This document shows, one piece after another, positions 7,945-17,593 of a stretch of 64,000 nt of DNA. A model generated the notes under the pieces. That model searched no databases, was not told where the DNA came from, and saw only the letters and a program-made list of their open reading frames with translations. Within the stretch, counting starts at the first letter, position 1. Every line of letters begins with the position of its first letter. The position numbers were made by a program, and so were the translations under genes. Location: the NCBI GenBank assembly GCA_964474825.1, contig CAYYWQ010000001.1, positions 884,152 to 948,151 on the forward strand. Direction: 5' to 3'. This DNA is from an uncultured Candidatus Saccharibacteria bacterium. GTDB taxonomy: Bacteria; Patescibacteriota; Doudnabacteria; UBA920.

Positions 7945-9405
7945 TCAAAAACCAATTTTGAAAGTCGGGTTTTCCATTTTCGCCCAGTCATCTCCCGTGC
8001 TACCACCAAGGTCTTTTTTATTTAAACCCACAGAATACAAAATTTTCTTTTCAGCATTGTAGCGAATAGGCTGGTGGTCAAACGGATCCTGCGACACACT
8101 TTCTAAATAATTTGGCACTAATGCATCCAGACTCGTGGGCAAAGAACCATTGTCCATTTGATACTGCTTAATAGCAAACTGTATCTGGACAATATTAGAA
8201 AGCAAATCCGCCTCACATCCTTTAGTTATGGCAGCTCCGAGTGGAAGACCAGTTACACTAAAAATTATTTTACCCACTGCATTTTCAGTAAATGGCAGTT
8301 TCCAACTTACTATATTATGCTGAAATAATTCCAACTGTTCATCTAAATCTTTCAACTCGCATCTTACTCCGATAGCCTCAACTTCCTGTTTATGTAAATT
8401 GAGGTATAAATTTTTAGTTTGATTTTTTTTATAATAATAACCATATTTCATAAAATAACTATAAGAGGGAGAAGGATCATCGGGGTTAATGCTTTGTTTT
8501 AAGTTTTCTTCTCTGGGAAGACTAAAAGTTTCATCAAGAGAATTGGAAATGTGTGTGTATTCAAATCGCAACATGTTCTTATACCCTTCCAAGTTATTAC
8601 TGGAATTACCAAGGACACTATTCACTTGAACCAGGGTTTCTTTACTGGAGCTACCATAAGGTAAAATTTGTAAAATTGTTTCAGAACCCAGCCTTCTTAT
8701 TGCAATTCCAACTAAACTACCAATTAAATTATTATTGCCTGCTAGCATATTATGACCCAATTTATTTAATTTTACAGCTTCCTGTAAGGCTTCGTCCGGT
8801 TTACCTTGGTATGACAAAGACAGGGACTTAATTGCTTGCAACCGCGCTGCGGTGCGCCAAGCATTTAGCGGGTAAAGCTTGTAGGAAATATGTAGGTTAG
8901 TAGGATCAGCGTAATCCGGGATTTGAAGATATTGCTTACTTGCCGCCTGATCAACTAATAATAACGTCTGCTGATTTTTTTCTAAAGCTTCGTCAACCAA
9001 CTTTTGATCCCATACAACTGGCTTAATATAATTTGTATAGGCCAAATCATCAAAGCCATCGGGGAGAGCAATTAGAGAATTACAGTCGGTAAGATCATTT
9101 GAAGTGCAGTTAGAAATTTTAAAAAGATCAAAAAATCCATTTTCACTGTCTGGCACGGAAATTTTTTGCAAACGAACTTGTGAATCATCGAGCAGTTTTG
9201 CGTCGCCCGGAAAAATTAGAGTCAAAATCCAGGGCAAGCTATAAACAGCAAGCGCCAAAAATATCAGAATGCCGAAAAACCACAAAAGCACTTTTTTCCA
9301 GCGTTTCATTTTGGGTTTTTGTGGAATTTGTGAAGACGGTAGCATAGACGCCAAAGGCTGCACTGGCGGAGTTGTTACTGGCACAGGATTATTGTCAATT
9401 TCCAT
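7945..9405 (-). CDS. Hypothetical membrane-anchored protein
   Basis: The 486-aa ORF has an N-terminal TM helix (VLLWFFGILIFLALAVYSLPW). No recognisable catalytic motif was found. Confidence 0.45.
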   Translation of the reverse strand: MEIDNNPVPVTTPPVQPLASMLPSSQIPQKPKMKRWKKVLLWFFGILIFLALAVYSLPWILTLIFPGDAKLLDDSQVRLQKISVPDSENGFFDLFKISNCTSNDLTDCNSLIALPDGFDDLAYTNYIKPVVWDQKLVDEALEKNQQTLLLVDQAASKQYLQIPDYADPTNLHISYKLYPLNAWRTAARLQAIKSLSLSYQGKPDEALQEAVKLNKLGHNMLAGNNNLIGSLVGIAIRRLGSETILQILPYGSSSKETLVQVNSVLGNSSNNLEGYKNMLRFEYTHISNSLDETFSLPREENLKQSINPDDPSPSYSYFMKYGYYYKKNQTKNLYLNLHKQEVEAIGVRCELKDLDEQLELFQHNIVSWKLPFTENAVGKIIFSVTGLPLGAAITKGCEADLLSNIVQIQFAIKQYQMDNGSLPTSLDALVPNYLESVSQDPFDHQPIRYNAEKKILYSVGLNKKDLGGSTGDDWAKMENPTFKIGF

Positions 9406-9482
9406 ATTTTTTGTTTCTAGAGGTTAATTTGGCTTTAGTATAGCACTTTTTGTGATTTTTAAATATCTGCTATAATCACTTT

Positions 9483-10031
9483 ATGAAATTAATAGTCGGA
9501 TTAGGTAACCCAGGAGAAAAATATAAACAAACCCGCCATAACGCGGGATTTTTAGCTTTAGATTTTATTTTAAACGACGGCGACGGTTTTATGACTGCCA
9601 AACCCAGTAAAGAGTTTAAGTCCGAAATGTGGACTTGGCAAAATGGCAGCGACAAAGTTATTTTTTTAAAACCACAAACTTTTATGAACGACAGCGGTCA
9701 GGCTTTAAAAACAATTTGTAATTTTTACAAAATGGACTTATGTCAAGATTTGCTGGTTGTCCATGACGAAACAGATTTACCTTTTGGAGAAATTAGAATT
9801 TCAAAAAACTCTTCTTCCGCCGGACACAACGGTGTGCAAAGTATTATTAATGAACTTGGCACGCAAGATTTCAATCGTCTCCGCATTGGCGTGGAAACCC
9901 GCGCCTCACGTGAAGACTTACCAACAGATGCGTTTGTCCTGCAGAATTTTACCGAGGAAGAACTAAAAAAACTTAAGGAAGAAATTTTTCCTAAGGTTAA
10001 ATTGGAAATTGAGCGTTTTATAAAATCTTAA
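9483..10031 (+). CDS. pth: Peptidyl-tRNA hydrolase
   Basis: The N-terminus reads MKLIVGLGNPGEKYKQTRHNAGF and a conserved His is present. Confidence 0.9.
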   Translation: MKLIVGLGNPGEKYKQTRHNAGFLALDFILNDGDGFMTAKPSKEFKSEMWTWQNGSDKVIFLKPQTFMNDSGQALKTICNFYKMDLCQDLLVVHDETDLPFGEIRISKNSSSAGHNGVQSIINELGTQDFNRLRIGVETRASREDLPTDAFVLQNFTEEELKKLKEEIFPKVKLEIERFIKS

Positions 10032-10059
10032 AACTAAACTTTCCTGACTTTACTAACTA

Positions 10060-10140
10060 CTAATCAGTTACGAATATACTAATGCTCGCATTTAGGATTG
10101 GTATATTAGTAAAAATTCGTAGTTAGTAAAAACAGATAAA
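10060..10140. repeat. Palindromic element (family D): tacgaatatactaatgct ... attagtaaaaattcgtagttagtaaa
   Basis: tacgaatatactaat is present as an inverted copy (ttggtatattagtaaaaattcgta). A second copy at 41770-41850 has a near-identical core. Both lie 3' of genes. Confidence 0.45.
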
Positions 10141-10437
10141 ATAAAAAACCCTTCTTAAAAAAGAAGGATTCGTCGTTTCTACCTAATACCCTACTTGCAA
10201 GTGAAAAGCTAGAGACAAACGCCTCTAAACCTTTGCTTGGTGCTAGGAGCATATGATAGGAGGGATGACATATGCTTTCGCGACTTGCAAATAGGGTGTC
10301 AGATACAAACCAAGGTAATAAAAAGACCCCCTAATCACGCTTTTGGATTTTTAAAACTTACATATTATTATACTCCTTTTTAGGCCTTTTGTCAAGCCTA
10401 AAGAGTGGCGTATATAGGCCTAAAATAGGCGAATACT

Positions 10438-11535
10438 ATGGATTTCCTTCCCTCTCTATATATACACGGCTTTAACCTCCTGCCGCAATTTGGTCCTGCC
10501 CGCCTACTTAAGCTCCGGGCTTATTTTGACAGCTGGGAAACAGCGTTCTTTGCCGGCACTGGTGAACTCCAAACCGCGGGCATTGAACCGGAGATTGTTG
10601 AAATTTTCCTAAAACACAGGGACAATTTAAACTTGGAAAAAGAACAAGCGACTTTGGAAGCACATGGCATTAGTTTAATTACTTGCGATGATGCAGCGTA
10701 TCCCAAATTATTACTACAAATAGAAAAATTTCCTTCGCTTCTTTACTGCCGCGGAGTTATGCCAAGCAATGAAGAATTATGCTTGGCAGTTGTTGGCACA
10801 AGAATGATAACTACTTACGGAAGGTTAGTTACACCGCGCCTAGTGGAACCGCTGGTAGACGCCGGAGCCACAATTGTTTCTGGCATGGCCTTTGGCGTAG
10901 ACGGCGCGGCACATACAGTAGCGGTAGAGAAAGGCCGCCGCACCATTGCCATTCTTGGCGGAGGCTTGGACGACAAAAGCCTGTACCCGAAAGCCCACAC
11001 CCTGCTTGCGGAAAAAATTTTGGAAAACCAGGGAGCTCTCCTTAGTGAATACCCGCCAGGCACGCCAAACTTTAAACAAAACTTTGTGGCGAGAAACAGA
11101 ATTATTTCGGGCATGTCCGTGGCCACAGTGGTTATAGAATGCGATTTAAAAAGCGGCTCGCTAATAACGGCCAAATACGCGCTGGAGCAAAATCGTAACG
11201 TTTACGCGGTCCCCGGGCCAATTTATTCCCAACAAAGCCAAGGCCCAAACAATTTAATTAAAATGGGTGCTAAACTAATAACTGAAGCGAACGACGTACT
11301 GGAAGACTTGAATTTAAAAACACTGCCCCAGCAGCAGCAAGTCCAAACTTTATTTGGCGACACCAAAGAAGAAACCATTTTGCTAAAACTGCTTAACCAT
11401 GAACCAGTAATTATAAACGAGCTAATTAAACAATCCGGCCTGGAAGCCGGAGCCGTAACATCTACCCTAACTTTTTTGGAAATGAAAGGGAAAATAAGAA
11501 ACCTTGGCGGCCAGCAGTACGTACTTAGCAGATAA
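10438..11535 (+). CDS. dprA: DNA processing protein DprA/Smf
   Basis: The Rossmann-like core reads GMAFGVDGAAHTVAVEKGRRTIAILGGGLD, with a C-terminal winged-helix-like tail. Confidence 0.85.
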   Translation: MDFLPSLYIHGFNLLPQFGPARLLKLRAYFDSWETAFFAGTGELQTAGIEPEIVEIFLKHRDNLNLEKEQATLEAHGISLITCDDAAYPKLLLQIEKFPSLLYCRGVMPSNEELCLAVVGTRMITTYGRLVTPRLVEPLVDAGATIVSGMAFGVDGAAHTVAVEKGRRTIAILGGGLDDKSLYPKAHTLLAEKILENQGALLSEYPPGTPNFKQNFVARNRIISGMSVATVVIECDLKSGSLITAKYALEQNRNVYAVPGPIYSQQSQGPNNLIKMGAKLITEANDVLEDLNLKTLPQQQQVQTLFGDTKEETILLKLLNHEPVIINELIKQSGLEAGAVTSTLTFLEMKGKIRNLGGQQYVLSR

Positions 11536-11542
11536 TAACTTT

Positions 11543-12688
11543 ATGTCTCGTTCAACTTTTATAAAATTCATAATCCCCCTACTATTCGCCCTGGCAGTAA
11601 CACTTGGTCTTGTTCAGCATTACTCAGATCCTTATGTTGGGTCAAACACCCAAACTTTTCATTCAAAAACCGCTGACCCAAATAAATCCCTGCTGGATTA
11701 TTTTAAAGAGGCGAACGAGTTAAAACCGGAATCCCAAACATCAACCGCTACCTTTTTAGCAGTTGGTGATATTATGCTTAGCCGCAACGTGGCCGGGACA
11801 ATAAAAAAAACCAACGATCCCTTACTCCCATTTCGCAAAATGGAAAATATTTTCAGCAGCGTGGATTTTTCTTTTGGTAATTTAGAAAGCCCGCTTTCCG
11901 GCCGCAATGATTTTAACCCTAGCGGTAGCCTGGTATTCAACGCTCCTCCCGCTTATACCCAAGGCCTAAAAGACTATAATTTTAAAATTATAAACCTTGC
12001 CAATAACCATGCCTTAGACCAAGGAACAAAAGGCGTAGACTATACCTTAAAATTCCTGAACAATGCCGGCATACAGCATGTTGGCATGGGAATGAATCTA
12101 GACGAAGCTTGGCTGCCCAAGACAATTGAGCAAAACGGCATTAAAATTTGTTTTGTGGGAGCCTCATATTCTTCGGTAAACGACAGCGGCAAAATCACAA
12201 ATAATTATGTTGCTAGAATTGAGGATTTGGACCGTCTTAAATCTTCAATCCTAAATCTTAAATCTTCTTGTGATTTTATAGTGGCCACCATGCACGCTGG
12301 CACAGAATACACTCATAAACCCAACCAGGCACAAATAGGCTTTGCCCATGCCGCGATTGATTACGGAGCTGATGTTGTTATAGGCGCGCACCCGCATTGG
12401 GTACAAACAATAGAAAAGTACAATGACAAATATATTTTCTACTCCCTGGGCAATTTTATTTTTGACCAAGAATGGAGCCAGGAAACAAAAGAAGGCTTAA
12501 CACTTAAAATCCAAGTATCTAAAAACCAAGAAACAAAACTTCAAGGACCTAAAGTTCCAGCCAAAATTGACTCAATAGAATTAATTCCTGTTATTATTGA
12601 AAACTACTCCACCCCCCGCCCTGCTACAGATATTGAAACAAAAAAGATTTTAGAAAAAATCGGAGAAACAAACACTCTATTAAAATAA
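11543..12688 (+). CDS. CapA/PGA_cap family metallophosphatase-like protein (poly-gamma-glutamate capsule biosynthesis family)
   Basis: A signal or TM segment is followed by LAVGDIMLSRNV...NLANNHALDQGTKGVDYTLKFLNNAGIQHVGMG. The start was set to the MSRST methionine after the dprA stop. Confidence 0.7.
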   Translation: MSRSTFIKFIIPLLFALAVTLGLVQHYSDPYVGSNTQTFHSKTADPNKSLLDYFKEANELKPESQTSTATFLAVGDIMLSRNVAGTIKKTNDPLLPFRKMENIFSSVDFSFGNLESPLSGRNDFNPSGSLVFNAPPAYTQGLKDYNFKIINLANNHALDQGTKGVDYTLKFLNNAGIQHVGMGMNLDEAWLPKTIEQNGIKICFVGASYSSVNDSGKITNNYVARIEDLDRLKSSILNLKSSCDFIVATMHAGTEYTHKPNQAQIGFAHAAIDYGADVVIGAHPHWVQTIEKYNDKYIFYSLGNFIFDQEWSQETKEGLTLKIQVSKNQETKLQGPKVPAKIDSIELIPVIIENYSTPRPATDIETKKILEKIGETNTLLK

Positions 12689-12716
12689 AGCGGCCCCGGT
12701 GCGCACACGGGGCCCA
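12689..12716 (+). terminator. GC hairpin ggccccggtgcgcacacggggcc downstream of the capA-like gene
   Basis: A perfect 7-bp GC stem immediately follows the stop. No strong T-tract follows. Confidence 0.35.
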
Positions 12717-13298
12717 ACCTTACAAAACGAAAAGCGTCAGAATGTCGTCAACAGGCGCGGTAAACGCGGAGATCTCCGTCTCCATGCCCATCGGATGACT
12801 AAAAATAAGCCCCCCATCCAAATAGGTGCGCATACGAACACCTGCTCCCTCAAGAAAAACTGGGTTGTCCAGATGTCCCTGATGTCTTGCGACCCTAATA
12901 CTAAGGTCCTGTAGACTGCTGGCGCCAACTGAATTTCGGCAGCGACAACCAGCGCTACTATAAGAAACAACGGCAACATTTCTCGCTTCACTAAATCACC
13001 TCCTTCCGGTTTTGGAATTCTTGGACGACACACGCCGCCCGTTAACTCAATAGATACCAAGCTATAGCAAGAGCGGTAAGAAGCCCACCCCATAGATGTA
13101 GAGGCTTCACGGTCTACCTCCTTGGCAAATTATAGCAAAAATTTAGGTATAAATCTCTATAAAAGAAATTAAAAAAATGTACGATAAAATTTCTGCAGAT
13201 TTGACAATTATTTTTTTTATGGTTAAACTCACTTTTGTAACTTGCAGTTAATTCTGTAGGCATCTGTAGTGTAATTAATTCCGTAGTTCTGTAGACTC

Positions 13299-15581
13299 AT
13301 GCCCAAACCACTAATTATAGTAGAATCACCAACCAAAGCGAAAACTATTTCGCGTTTTTTGGGTGGGGAATATCAGGTAGAAGCCAGCATGGGACATGTG
13401 CGGGACTTACCTAAAAGCAAACTGTCGATTGATGTTGAGCACGACTTTGAACCTGTCTATATTATTCCTCCCAAAGCCAAAGAAACCGTAGCCAAATTAA
13501 AAGCGCTGACCAAAGGCGCTTCCTCTATTATATTGGCGACTGATGAAGACCGCGAAGGTGAGGCTATTTCTTGGCATTTAGTGCAGGCTTTAGGTTTAGG
13601 TGATGAAGCGGAAATTGCCAAGGGCAAGGAAGACAAGCGCATAAAACGCATAGTTTTCCACGAAATTACCAAAGGCGCAATTGACGAGGCCATGAAGAAC
13701 CCGAGGGATATAGATTTAAACTTGGTAGACGCCCAGCAAGCCCGCCGCGTGCTAGACAGGTTAGTAGGTTATGAACTGTCCCCGTTTTTGTGGCGGAAGA
13801 TAAGATACGGGTTGTCCGCTGGCCGAGTACAATCTGTCGCGGTTAGATTAGTAGTAGAACGCGAACGCGAAATCCAAAATTTTAAAGTAGACGAGTACTG
13901 GAGCATAGAAGCGAAGCTTTCTCAAAAAAATGACAGCGAAAAAACTTTTATTGCGAAACTGCAGGAAATTGACGGCAAAAAAGTTGGCAAAATGGACATT
14001 GGCAAAGAAGTAGACGCCAAAAAAATTGTTAGCGATTTACAAGGCGCGGAATACCAAGTTAAAGACATTCAAACTAAAGAAGTTAGGCGTAACCCGGCCG
14101 CGCCGTTTACTACTTCTACCTTGCAGCAAGAAGCCGCTCGAAAATTTGGCATGTCTGCCAAACAAACAATGGTTATTGCGCAGCAGCTTTATGAAGGTAT
14201 TAAACTTGGTGACGAAGGTCACCAGGGTTTAATTACCTATATGCGTACAGACAGCTTAAATCTTGCTGCCTCTGCCCTAACTTCCATTCGCGAAGTAGTC
14301 ATGAAAGAGTTTGGTAAGGAGTACGCTTTAGACGAAGTCCGGCACTATACCAACAAAAGCAAAGGCGCGCAAGAAGCGCACGAAGCTATTCGCCCTACAG
14401 ATGTTTTAAGAAAGCCTGACGATGTTAAAACTTTTTTGGACAAAGGCCAATTTAAAATTTACGACCTTATTTGGAAGCGCACCATTGCCTGCCAAATGGC
14501 TCCGGCTGTGCTGGAACAAACAGGGGTTGATATTCTAGCCAAAGACAACTACATTTTCCGCGCTAACGGCCAAACAATAAAATTTGACGGCTTTATTCGC
14601 GCATATACAGAAGGACAAGATGAAAAAGCAGAAGACGAAATAGAAGGCGTATTACCTGAACTTTCGGTGGAAGAAATTTTAAAGCTTCATGAACTTCTGC
14701 CAATGCAGCATTTTACCGAACCGCCCGGAAGATATTCCGACGCCACTTTAATTAAAGCCCTGGAAGCCCACGGCGTAGGCCGCCCTTCCACTTACGCGCC
14801 AACACTTTCCACCATTCAAGACCGCGGCTACGTAAATAAAGTGGACAAAAAATATTCCCCCAGCGAAGAAGGTTTTTTAGTCAACGACATGCTGGTAGAA
14901 AATTTCCCGGAAATCGTGGATATTAATTTTACTTCGCACATTGAAGAAGAGTTTGACCACATTGCCGAAGGCAAAACCAAATGGGTAGAAGTCATGAAGG
15001 AATTTTACGGTCCTTTTAAAACGCACTTGATTGAAAAAGAAAAAACTGTGGAAAAACAAATTGAAGTTTCCACAGTCCCCTGCGAACACTGCGGCAAAAT
15101 GATGCTTATTAAATACGGCCGCAACGGTAAATTCCTAGCTTGCCCAGACCCGGAAAGCAAAATTACCCAGCCTATGCCGGAAGAAGCGGCCAAAATAAAG
15201 GAACTTACGGAAAAAACCAAGGGCGAAATGTGCCCAATTTGCGGCAAGCAAATGGGCGTAAGACGCGGACGCTTTGGGTTCTTCCTTGGCTGTGTGGACT
15301 ACCCTAAATGCAAAGGCATTAGCAAAATTTGGAACAAGACTGGCTATAAATGCCCTCATTGTTTAACAGCTGATGCAAGAAAAGACAAGCCTGGAGATAT
15401 TGTTGAAAAGAAATCCCGAGGCCGCGGCAAACCCTTCTTTGCCTGCACTCGCTTCCCTGACTGCACATTTGTTATGAACGTAAAACCCGAAAACCAAACT
15501 CAGCTGGACGAAGCCTACAAACACTGGCTTGCAAATCCACCTAAGCCTAAAAAAGTATATAAGAAAAAAACCGAAGTTTAA
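13299..15581 (+). CDS. topA: DNA topoisomerase I
   Basis: A Toprim N-terminus (MPKPLIIVESPTKAKTISRFLG) is followed by the catalytic Tyr region and C-terminal C4 zinc-ribbon repeats. Confidence 0.9.
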   Translation: MPKPLIIVESPTKAKTISRFLGGEYQVEASMGHVRDLPKSKLSIDVEHDFEPVYIIPPKAKETVAKLKALTKGASSIILATDEDREGEAISWHLVQALGLGDEAEIAKGKEDKRIKRIVFHEITKGAIDEAMKNPRDIDLNLVDAQQARRVLDRLVGYELSPFLWRKIRYGLSAGRVQSVAVRLVVEREREIQNFKVDEYWSIEAKLSQKNDSEKTFIAKLQEIDGKKVGKMDIGKEVDAKKIVSDLQGAEYQVKDIQTKEVRRNPAAPFTTSTLQQEAARKFGMSAKQTMVIAQQLYEGIKLGDEGHQGLITYMRTDSLNLAASALTSIREVVMKEFGKEYALDEVRHYTNKSKGAQEAHEAIRPTDVLRKPDDVKTFLDKGQFKIYDLIWKRTIACQMAPAVLEQTGVDILAKDNYIFRANGQTIKFDGFIRAYTEGQDEKAEDEIEGVLPELSVEEILKLHELLPMQHFTEPPGRYSDATLIKALEAHGVGRPSTYAPTLSTIQDRGYVNKVDKKYSPSEEGFLVNDMLVENFPEIVDINFTSHIEEEFDHIAEGKTKWVEVMKEFYGPFKTHLIEKEKTVEKQIEVSTVPCEHCGKMMLIKYGRNGKFLACPDPESKITQPMPEEAAKIKELTEKTKGEMCPICGKQMGVRRGRFGFFLGCVDYPKCKGISKIWNKTGYKCPHCLTADARKDKPGDIVEKKSRGRGKPFFACTRFPDCTFVMNVKPENQTQLDEAYKHWLANPPKPKKVYKKKTEV

Positions 15582-15594
15582 TACTTCGGTTTTT

Positions 15595-16221
15595 TTAAAA
15601 TTTAATATTTGCTAATTGCTCCGGTGTATCTAGTAAAAAATCTGGATTATACTTTTGCAAAACTTCTTTTTCATTCGCGCCCCAGGTTACTGAAACAACT
15701 TTTATTCCGGCCATGCGGGCGGCTTCTATGTCCCGGGTTTCATCTCCTACGTACACGGCTTGAGCTGTTGGAATATGGTGGGTAGATAGTAATTTTTTTA
15801 GCTTCCTGCCTTTTTTAAATAGGGCGTTACCCGCGTCTATGAAATCGAACACCTCAGCGCAGTTATTGTTTTCCAAACAAGCTTTTACTGCTTCAGAAGA
15901 ATTAGAAGTTAAAATGGCTAAATGGAATCCCTGCTGTTTTAACATTTTTAATGTTTCAGGAATTTTGAGGTAAAGTTTTTGCCCTGCCATGCGCTCTATA
16001 AACTTTTTTCTTCCTTCTCGCTCCAAAAACCAAATTCTCCACCAAGGCACACCAAGCTCTGCTTTAATTGCGAGTGATGATAAGGTTTTTAAACGGGCAA
16101 GGTCGTCCGGCCCAACAACTTTATAGCTGTGTTTCGCAGCCAAAAAATTCCAAGTTTCCACCCAAGCAGACAAGGTGTCTGCCAGTGTGCCGTCAAAATC
16201 AAAAATAATCCATTTATCCAT
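15595..16221 (-). CDS. HAD-superfamily hydrolase (phosphatase-like)
   Basis: Motif I is FDFDGTLADT. Motif III/IV is YVGDETRDIEAARMAG. Confidence 0.75.
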   Translation of the reverse strand: MDKWIIFDFDGTLADTLSAWVETWNFLAAKHSYKVVGPDDLARLKTLSSLAIKAELGVPWWRIWFLEREGRKKFIERMAGQKLYLKIPETLKMLKQQGFHLAILTSNSSEAVKACLENNNCAEVFDFIDAGNALFKKGRKLKKLLSTHHIPTAQAVYVGDETRDIEAARMAGIKVVSVTWGANEKEVLQKYNPDFLLDTPEQLANIKF

Positions 16222-16223
16222 AA

Positions 16224-17459
16224 CTAATCGTTTCGGCTATAAATTTCCGCGTCAAACAAAACATATCTGGCGGCTTTAAACCATCCTATTAACGATTTAA
16301 AATATCGCCAATTAGCGCCTAAACGAAGTACATAGGGAATAAAGCCGGTAAAATAAAAGTGGTCGGACTTTAGTAGTGCCCATTTGCCGCCAACAGAAAC
16401 AATGAATGGATGTTTGTCCATTTTAAAACCCTGCGTTGGTTTTTTATTCTGCATTAGCAGCGGTAAAGCCTTAGCTAAATACTTTGCCTCGGCAATGGCC
16501 GCCTGGGCTGTGGTTGGCACAATGCTTTGACCACTGCCGTGCACACAAGCCATATCCCCCAAAGCAAAAATATGAGTTTCGCCTTTTACCCGTAAAAATT
16601 CGTCAGTCTCCAGCTGTCCCCGTTTGTTGCATTCGCACGGCTGGCCCATTGAACATTCCTTCGCGCGGACGCCTGTTGTCCAAACTAAAACATCAAAAGG
16701 AATTTTTTCGCCGCTGACCAAGGAAATAAAATGCGGCTCTACTTTAAAAATGGGGCTAAGTAATTTTATTTTAACGTTTAAATCTGTCAGTCTCTGGTAA
16801 ATGTCGCGGCTGGCGCGTTCATCAAACCCCGGCACTAACATATTGGCCGCCTCTACAACCATAACTTCCACTTTTTCGCGCGGGTAGTCATTCTTCCAGG
16901 CAACTATGTCTGCAAGTTTATCCAGCTCCGCGACCAATTCTACTCCGGTATACCCCCCGCCGGCAACAACTAACCTGACATACTGTTTAACGGAATCGTG
17001 CTTGTGCGCGGCCACAGAAAACTCCACGGCGTTACGCAAGCGGAAAGCATCGGTCAAACTTTTTAAAGGCACACTGTATTCTTTTGCCCCCTCTACCCCA
17101 AAATATTCCGTTTGGGAACCAAAAGCTAAAATTAAATAATCGTAATCCAAAACGCGCGAGGTGGTTTTTAGTTTTTTTTGCAAACGGTCAATTTCACCAA
17201 TTTCGCCTTTTACAAATTTAATTTTTTTACCTGCTAAAATTTTGCGCAACGGCAAAACTATGCTTTCCTTGAGCTGGGCAATGTTGGTAAATTCCTCCTC
17301 AGCAGTAGCGATTTCGTAAAGACTGGGGTTGAATAAATGGTAATCATGCCGGTCAACCAAAGTAATACTAACGTCTTTCCGGCCTTTAAATTTTTTCTCC
17401 AATTCAAGGGCGGTTACAAGTCCCCCAAAGCCCGCGCCCGCAATAACAATATTAGTCAT
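16224..17459 (-). CDS. FAD/NAD(P)-binding oxidoreductase, type II NADH dehydrogenase-like
   Basis: Two GxGxxG dinucleotide folds are present (VIAGAGFGG and VVAGGGYTG). Confidence 0.65.
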   Translation of the reverse strand: MTNIVIAGAGFGGLVTALELEKKFKGRKDVSITLVDRHDYHLFNPSLYEIATAEEEFTNIAQLKESIVLPLRKILAGKKIKFVKGEIGEIDRLQKKLKTTSRVLDYDYLILAFGSQTEYFGVEGAKEYSVPLKSLTDAFRLRNAVEFSVAAHKHDSVKQYVRLVVAGGGYTGVELVAELDKLADIVAWKNDYPREKVEVMVVEAANMLVPGFDERASRDIYQRLTDLNVKIKLLSPIFKVEPHFISLVSGEKIPFDVLVWTTGVRAKECSMGQPCECNKRGQLETDEFLRVKGETHIFALGDMACVHGSGQSIVPTTAQAAIAEAKYLAKALPLLMQNKKPTQGFKMDKHPFIVSVGGKWALLKSDHFYFTGFIPYVLRLGANWRYFKSLIGWFKAARYVLFDAEIYSRND

Positions 17460-17520
17460 TTTGGTTTCAAAAATATTTTAATCTTACGCCTAAATTATAA
17501 CATAGAATGGCTACTAAATA

Positions 17521-17592
17521 CGAAATCCGCCAACAGGATGCTGGCGGATAACTACGGTTTAGTATTTTTAGTTATTTTAGTATTTAGTAGAA
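17521..17592. repeat. Family A palindrome: ctactaaatacgaaat + hairpin ccgccaacaggatgctggcgg + tttagtatttttagttattttagtatttagtag
   Basis: It shares both arms with 2158-2246. It sits immediately 3' of the permease gene stop. Confidence 0.45.
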
Positions 17593-17593
17593 G

